DNA of 63,241 bases, the filler included, from Octopus bimaculoides (lineage: Eukaryota): assembly GCF_001194135.2 (NCBI RefSeq). It is 9 parts of 7 records of this genome, joined end to end, with 100 filler letters (N's around TTAATTAATTAA, not from the genome) between each part and the next. Parts side by side here need not be neighbours in the genome. Positions count along the whole stretch, not along the records: positions 59,490 to 63,241 come from NC_069000.1; 8 more parts are not named here. One strand, given 5' to 3'. Shown here in pieces: positions 61,963-63,241 of the stretch; within the stretch, counting starts at the first letter, position 1, and the number at the start of each line of letters is the position of its first letter. The translations under genes and the position numbers were made by a program. Below the pieces are notes generated by a model. The model was given only the letters and a program-made list of their open reading frames with translations. It made no database searches and was not told where the DNA came from.

Positions 61963-62618
61963 GAGTAATCCCTCGACTATCGCGGGTGTTACGCTCCAAA
62001 ACGCCCCGCGATAGGTGAAAATCCGCGATGTAGAAAGAGTACTGTACACTCTTTACTCTTTTACTCTTTTACTCTTTTACTTGTTTCAGTCATTTGACGG
62101 CGGCCATGCTGGAGCACCGCCTTTAGTCGAGCAAATCGACCCCAGGACTTATTCTTTTGTAAGCCTAGTACTTATTCTATCGGTCTCTTTTTGCCGAACA
62201 GCTAAGTTACGGGGACGTAAACACACCAGCATCGGTTGTCAAGCGATGTTAGAGGGACAAACACAGACACACAAACATATACACACACATACATATATAT
62301 ATACATATACATATATACGACGGACTTCTTTCAGTTTCCGTCTACCAAATCCACTCACAAGGCTTTGGTCGGCCCGAGGCTATAGTAGAAGACACTTGCC
62401 CAAGGTGCTACGCAGTGGGACTGAACCCGGAACCATGTGGTTCGTAAGCAAGCTACTTGCCACTATATATTTTTTTACCTTTATTTTTATAATTTGTATA
62501 TATTTATTTTATTATAAATGCGAAACGACGCCACGGAGGAATCGACGTAAGCTTAAATGATAAACCGCGATAGGTGAACCGCGATAGGTGAATCGCGATA
62601 TGGCGAGATATTATTGTA
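61963..62618. mobile_element. Tigger/pogo-like MITE interrupted by a SINE
   Basis: GAGTAATCCCTCGACTATCGCGG...CCGCGATAGGTGAA repeats...CGCGATATGGCGAGATATTATTGTA (degenerate CAGTAATCCCTCG / CGAGGGATTACTG-TA ends). Confidence 0.75.
62049..62463 (-). mobile_element. SINE family A, young, nested in the MITE
   Basis: CpG-rich, collinear with 38406-38820, (TTTTACTC)n tail on the plus strand. Confidence 0.95.
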
Positions 62619-62763
62619 TTGTCTGAAGTATCGTTCTCACTTTTTGCGTTTCCTTCCGCGTAGAAATATCTTACGATCGGCTGAAGTGACCAACTGTCTC
62701 CATTATGTACATACATTTACATGCATGTATGAGAACACGTGCGCGTGTGTATGCGTGTTCAGG

Positions 62764-62764
<1 letters not shown>

Positions 62765-62831
<67 letters not shown>

Positions 62832-63085
62832 CGTGTGTATGCAAGCGTGAATATGGGTAAGAATGACGTATGTACGTAAAGTTCTATTTGGCTCTTTCAT
62901 GCTTTGGTGCTACAAAATGAACAAATCTACTCTCTCTTTCTCTTTCTTGCTCTGTCTGTCTGTCTCTCTCTCTCTCTTTCTTGCTCTGTCTGTCTGTCTC
63001 TCTCTCTCCCTCTCTTTCTGTCCCTCACTCCCCTTCTCTTTCTCTCTCTCCCTCTCTCTGTATGTGTGTGTGTGAGTGTGTGTTC
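62765..63085. repeat. (TG)n and (CT/TCTG)n arrays
   Basis: Directly visible. Confidence 0.93.
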
Positions 63086-63115
63086 TAGCTTATTAAGACA
63101 GATAGCATATCTTTG

Positions 63116-63129
63116 GTTGCTATGGTAAC
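63116..63129. promoter_or_regulatory. RFX X-box consensus match GTTGCTATGGTAAC
   Basis: Exact fit to the 14-bp GTNRCY-AT-RGYAAC near-palindrome. Function untested. Confidence 0.5.
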
Positions 63130-63208
63130 CTCCACTGATGCTGCCAAACGCCGTAGAATTTGGCCGAAAATAGTGGAATGGTAGCAAAAGACATTAGACT
63201 AACATGAT

Positions 63209-63241
<33 letters not shown>

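Noticed and set aside
4-63187. Many 60-250 aa ORFs rich in YI, CV, HT, LS, poly-I/L/N or EKR
   Set aside because: They are translations of microsatellites and purine tracts.
1-63241. CRISPR array, rRNA or prokaryotic operon
   Set aside because: No repeat-spacer structure or rRNA-like sequence; the context is animal repetitive DNA.

Overview
Animal genomic DNA from a gapped draft scaffold: AT-rich, very microsatellite-dense, with many N runs and eight artificial TTAATTAATTAA spacers. The SINE families and repeat style match my recollection of an octopod cephalopod, probably Octopus; this is an inference, not a database match. I cannot support any protein-coding gene, tRNA, rRNA or CRISPR array. 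Every long ORF is an N-gap or microsatellite artefact, or a decayed transposon. The window contains (1) at least three tRNA-derived SINE families, about 20 copies in total; (2) LINE relics of the RTE, Tx1/L1-like, CR1/L2-like and R4/Dong-like (restriction-like endonuclease) groups; (3) two Penelope-like fragments; (4) two mariners, a Tigger-like MITE, TTAA-ended MITEs and a Helentron/HINE-like element. The most interesting signals are three degenerate hammerhead-ribozyme-like cores in a small repeat family at 42.9-44.6 kb, a 173-bp near-perfect hairpin between them, an unclassified ~550-bp element found twice behind the same SINE family at (ATT)n arrays, a cluster of R4/Dong-like pieces at (TAA)n arrays, a long foldback at 3.7-4.5 kb, and a perfect RFX X-box near the right end. 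Coordinates were read by eye, so element ends may be off by tens of bases. Family names come from motif recognition.
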